A stretch of 63,228 bases of DNA, counting the filler, from Nemertoderma westbladi (Eukaryota > Animalia > Xenacoelomorpha), in assembly GCA_032718475.1 (NCBI GenBank). It is 3 parts of 3 records of this genome, joined end to end, with 100 filler letters (N's around TTAATTAATTAA, not from the genome) between each part and the next. Parts side by side here need not be neighbours in the genome. Positions count along the whole stretch, not along the records: positions 53,718 to 63,228 come from JAUCBJ010000622.1; 2 more parts are not named here. One strand, written 5' to 3'. Under the pieces are notes generated by a model. It searched no databases. It had not been told where the DNA came from and was given only the letters and a program-made list of their open reading frames with translations. Below are positions 62,401-63,228 of this stretch, one piece after another; position 1 is the first letter of the stretch, and every line of letters starts with the position of its first letter. The translations under genes and the position numbers were made by a program.

Positions 62401-62844
62401 ATTTATTCGATTTCCAAGAAGGGAAAATGTTGCTGGACTCTTAAGTACATGCTTCTATATGTTAGTGGCGCATTTCAGCTTGTATTTCTTAGAATAAGAT
62501 CTCCTCATCGAATAATGACCCCTTTTATTAATTAGACTGAATGACAGTGACTGGATGCAAATCCCATCTTGGAGAAGAATTAATATCCCGCCTCAATGGT
62601 ATATTCTTAATTTAGGGAAAAGGAGCATGTTACAGTAGCACGTTATTTTAACCAAAACAATAAACTAAACACAGTTCTGGTAACTGTTAACAGTTTTATA
62701 TTTTTGAGAGTAATCCGCTGTTATTTGCGTCGAATTTCTCCTGGAGAGGGATTAATTTTTATTGCCTCCAGTTCCACGCAACATACAACAATTGGGTTGT
62801 AGCCTATAACACTGCAGTTTAATATTTGGCAAGTAAAATCATCA

Positions 62845-62915
62845 GCATTGGTGGTTCAATGGTAGAATTCTCGCCTGCCACGCGGGAGGCCCGGGTTCGA
62901 TTCCCGGCCAATGCA
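62845..62915 (+). tRNA. tRNA-Gly(GCC)
   Basis: GCATTGGTGGTTCAATGGTAGAATTCTCGCCTGCCACGCGGGAGGCCCGGGTTCGATTCCCGGCCAATGCA: complete cloverleaf, TTTT terminator at 62924-62927. Confidence 0.97.
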
Positions 62916-63228
62916 GTTAACCGTTTTGTAAAAATATTGATATTTTGAAACTTTGAACAAACAAATTTGAACATGTATGTATATTATCATCAAAATATAA
63001 GTAACAATAATTAGGCATATTAATATTAAATATTTGGTAGGATTTATACATTGGCCTATAATATTATTAATATATTATGCAACAGACTTTACTATACTAT
63101 ACCTGTCATGAAATATAGATACTCGTCTTGTATACGGTAAATACATCCAGTCTATTATAGTCAAGGCCTACTAAAAGACAGGCCTGGCAGCCGACTGCCT
63201 GACTCAAAATCTTATGGGCCGACTATTA

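Noticed and set aside
61550-62402. Cys-rich repeat ORFs
   Set aside because: Translations of a 34-bp minisatellite cycling through frames.

Overview
AT-rich, transposon-dense animal (invertebrate-like) nuclear DNA. Two artificial N-TTAATTAATTAA-N linkers (27921-28020, 53618-53717) join three contigs. Host genes: two coding exons of an unidentified coiled-coil gene (minus strand, left edge), intronless ILF2 head-to-head with an intronless lebercilin (LCA5)-like gene that has an RFX X-box upstream, intronless BICRA/GLTSCR1, two-exon HINFP, and tRNA-Gly(GCC). Mobile DNA: an apparently intact pogo-type DD35D transposon with a C-terminal PHD finger, LINE fragments, Helitron-like elements, several MITE/foldback elements and minisatellites. 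The most unusual object is a 15.4-kb non-autonomous BEL/Pao LTR element (8711-24151, TSD GGTAC). It keeps only Gag-protease after in-frame loss of RT and integrase. It has no tRNA primer site, but a 12-nt stretch abutting the 5' LTR is perfectly complementary to a site inside the LTR (candidate self-priming). Its LTR ends in a ~310-nt pseudoknotted RNA supported by compensatory changes in diverged copies, and it carries a zinc-knuckle accessory gene behind a hairpin-rich leader. Also notable: a 4.3-kb satellite of X-box-like monomers beginning at the HINFP stop codon, CTCF-like motifs spaced ~145 bp apart in a Helitron, and clusters of TA-flanked transposon-footprint-like words upstream of genes. 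All calls are by eye and from recalled family motifs; no searches were run.
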